A DNA stretch of 64,000 nucleotides. It comes from Lingula anatina. Lineage: Eukaryota > Animalia > Brachiopoda. The DNA is taken from contig CM120646.1 of assembly GCA_051362555.1 (NCBI GenBank), positions 3,286,001 to 3,350,000 on the forward strand, in the 5' to 3' direction. The notes beneath the pieces were generated by a model, which saw only the letters and a program-made list of their open reading frames with translations, made no database searches and was not told the origin of the DNA. The translations under genes and the position numbers were made by a program. Shown piece by piece: positions 61,323 to 64,000 of the stretch (position 1 is the first letter of the stretch; each line of letters begins with the position of its first letter).

Positions 61323-62304
61323 GTTGTTGTTGTTGTTGTCACTATCTGATAGTTTTGCATTTCATAGCTGCTTCATGAAGGTCATTGTAAATCACAATTT
61401 CGTTTTTTCTTAAATAATATCTGCGCCGTCAGAGGATAGGCTACATGTAGGACATCATAAACGGATTATCATTGAACTGTCCTCATTCGACTTATGAAGT
61501 TCTCGAATGGACATCAAACCCATCTCACATTTCTGCCAACATTTTTAGTAAAAATATGATCACAACACTATAGATTTGATGGGTCTCTGGCTATAATGAA
61601 TCACAGGAACGTGCACGAGTATTAGCCAGTCTTAGCATTAGTCAGTATTAACATAAACCATTCTTACTCTCAGCCAGTCTTTGCAATGGTCATTCTTGAC
61701 ACTTGTTTTTGCTGGGAACAGCTGTGGTGTCGAGTTCTCTGTATACAAAACACACATCCAGAAGACTGGGACAACATCTCTTAGAAAAGAGAACAGTGAA
61801 CCCTCCAACTTCGCACAGAATTCTCGCCGCTTGCATCCTTCACACAATTCTCTTGCTCCTCCCTCTCTTCGGCCATCTCTTCGCCCATGGCTTCGCAATC
61901 CCTGTCTTCACGGTTTAGGCCCTGAAAAACTTCCGACTGTGGTTTTGGCATAGGTGAGACGGGGCTGTACCTGGCTGCAGGAGGAGAGGAAGAACCGCGG
62001 TGTTCAGGAGCGTCCGCAAATCCGGAGTCACGGATGTGACTTGTGTCAACGAGCGCTAGTGGTGGTGGTGGTGGTGGTGGTGGTGGTGGTCGTGGTGATG
62101 GTAGTAGTGGAGAGCCATTGTCACCGAGAGAACTAGGACCTGGTTGAGGTTGCCCTTCCACAGTTTCGTCGCTAAAGTGTGGTCCATCTGGGCCTTCGTC
62201 TCCAGTCTGACATGTTCCATCCTGTGTCGCCACCCCCTTGTTTTGAAAGGAATAATAAATTATTCAATATATTTTGTTACATTGCAAATAGTATGATTTT
62301 AGAA
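58773..62304. repeat. Segmental duplication unit C (paralogous to 45277-47436 and ~51730-55318)
   Basis: Near-identical ORFs 53104/60108, 53504/60483, 54670/61638, 54713/61681; homology stops right after TTTTAGAAT (55317/62305). Confidence 0.93.
60319..60389 (+). pseudogene. tRNA-iMet pseudogene lacking the anticodon arm
   Basis: As the 53321 copy, but ~21 nt (GTGCGGGGCCCATAACCCC region) deleted: ...GTGGAAGCGAGGTCC... Confidence 0.88.
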
Positions 62305-62936
62305 TGTAAATGCTGAAATGACGACATCTGTTATCCAAGTGTATTTGGGTGATATACATATTTGGGACTCGTATCAGAAGAAGAGCAAAACAAATGAGAA
62401 CTAGAAAAGCACTCCGAGAGAGCAGACCTCCGCCAAGGTAGAAATTATTGATCCGGATCAACACCAAAAACTAATCACTTCTAAGTTAACCTATTTCTGA
62501 CCTACCTTGAAAATTTCATCAAAATCGGCCCATAACTTTTTGAGTTATGTTGATGACAAACAATCAAACAGACAGACAGACAAACAGGGGCAAAAACATA
62601 ACCTCCTTGGCGGAGAAAATGCAATTTAACCAAAACGTAAAAAAATCCCAGCCCACAAATTTGTCGTGCAACTTTAATACATGTATTCAGGGTAGAATGT
62701 AATTTAACCTGAATTAACTATTGTTCATAATATTAGATCTTTATACCTCTTGTTGGCATTCCAAGCCGTCAGACTGTCTCTGGAGAAAAGGGGGAGGTAG
62801 GCCACCCCTAAAAAAAATATAAAAAATGAAAATCAATGAAACTTGAAATAAGCTGAAATAACAACTATTTTATCAGTTCCTTCCTATCCCCCCTCTCTCT
62901 CTCTCTCTCGTTTAATAAATAGGAGGGAGGTCGAAA

Positions 62937-62971
<35 letters not shown>

Positions 62972-63332
62972 ATATTAAGGCCGTGTTCACAACCAGCAGA
63001 ATAACTAGTCCCGGATTAAATATGGGGCGCACTTGGTAATGGATTTCCGCTTCCCAAACGCGCCGTCCCAGTAGGGGCAGAGCTGTTTTAAAATCTCTAC
63101 ACGCTTTTAAAAGTGGGTCGCACCATAATATTTGGTCCGCGGACTAGTTATACATTAACATACTAGTTATACATTAACATACTAGTTATACATAAACATA
63201 CTAGTTATATGTTAACATACGTGGTGTCATCGAGTGGAGAATTGACGTCACATGACGAAGCTGTCTCTTCCTGTGGTTCACCTATAGTTTCTTCGTTGCT
63301 TACATCGCCTTGTCCTTCGTTATTCCTGGCAT
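61781..63332 (-). CDS. 3' exons of an unidentified gene starting beyond the window; acidic, Pro-rich, low-complexity C-terminus
   Basis: Candidate exons: 63332 to 63304 or 63221 (DARNNEGQGD...), 62779-62747 (RQSDGLECQQE; strong CTTTTCTCCAG acceptor), 62236-61781 (GVATQDGTCQ...PRPPPPPPPPPLAL...RVHCSLF*). Donor of the first of these is uncertain. Confidence 0.6.
62398..62616 (+). mobile_element. Short HINE/DINE-1-like element
   Basis: Starts AACTAGA; subterminal IR CTCCGCCAAGG / CCTTGGCGGAG; (ACAG/ACAA)n microsatellite before the 3' hairpin. Confidence 0.75.
62978..63220. mobile_element. MITE-family fragment followed by a 19-bp tandem repeat (ACTAGTTATACATTAACAT, ~4 copies)
   Basis: Inverted ATAACTAGTCC..GGA / TCCGCGGACTAGTTAT ends; tandem expansion at the right end abuts a candidate exon donor. 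Confidence 0.6.
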
Positions 63333-63651
63333 CTGTAAATTAACAATAAGTGAGAGGCCAAATTCAGTAAACATTCTGAATTTTTTACAAAAAGAAAGAA
63401 AGAAAAATAGAAAAGATTAAAAGAAAACAAGATCGTTTCCTCAACAACGTAGGCCTACTAACAAATAGGTGACAAAACTCCGCCCAAGAGTCATTTGAAC
63501 CCCCTGTATTGACAGTGAGCGGTGGCTTTATTGCAATAATTCTTGTCACGTTTGTCATCGGACTACGTGACCTCCATTGTTCTTAGAAGACTATTATGGG
63601 TCAGAGGTTTTTTGGTAATGATGAGATTGTTAAAAAATTATTATAAAAGGG

Positions 63652-63689
<38 letters not shown>

Positions 63690-64000
63690 TAATAATAATA
63701 ATCAATCGACTAATTTTGAATGTTGGTACAGATTCACTATCCATTGATAAAGATGGGAACATCGTCGGTCACTTTTCCGGACAAAATGAAACGTTGGTCT
63801 TTAAAAAATATCATGCTCATTTAAATTTATTTAAATTTATCATTTTGACGTTGCAAGGTATTCTGATATCAACACTAGAGGGTTATATTTTTAACGGAAA
63901 AACATTATTATAAAAAGGGGGTTAGCACTAGTCTATGACTCAGTGAAACTCCCTTTTTGACATGATAACAAAAAAGTCCATTGCTTGTGCGAGGTCATGT

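Overview
AT-rich, intron-dense animal genomic DNA, probably annelid or another lophotrochozoan (inferred from a myohemerythrin-type gene). Most ORFs in the supplied track are exon fragments or repeat artefacts, so genes were rebuilt by hand from GT-AG sites and reading-frame phase. Left to right: (1) a probable 3' UTR of an upstream + strand gene; (2) a ~1.7 kb 32-36 bp minisatellite; (3) a ~26.5 kb, ~60-exon minus-strand gene (~1,550 aa) with a CEP164-type N-terminal helix/WW module followed by ~50 consecutive phase-0 mini-exons, including a 28-exon coiled-coil array built on a 25-residue unit; its introns hold a dead Tc1/mariner element and a Helentron/HINE-like element carrying a 146-bp satellite, and its putative 3' UTR has five let-7 seed matches spaced exactly 16 nt apart; (4) a 4-exon WSCD-family Golgi sulfotransferase; (5) a 4-exon myohemerythrin-type gene; (6) a tandemly duplicated block (42-62 kb) with two copies of an unidentified ~280-aa secreted protein gene, four initiator tRNA-Met copies at different stages of decay, a TIR-only ORF apparently cut short by a 7-bp duplication, and two copies of the last exon of a Pro-rich gene that starts beyond the window. 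Many MITEs are scattered throughout. Gene models are hand predictions without transcript support.
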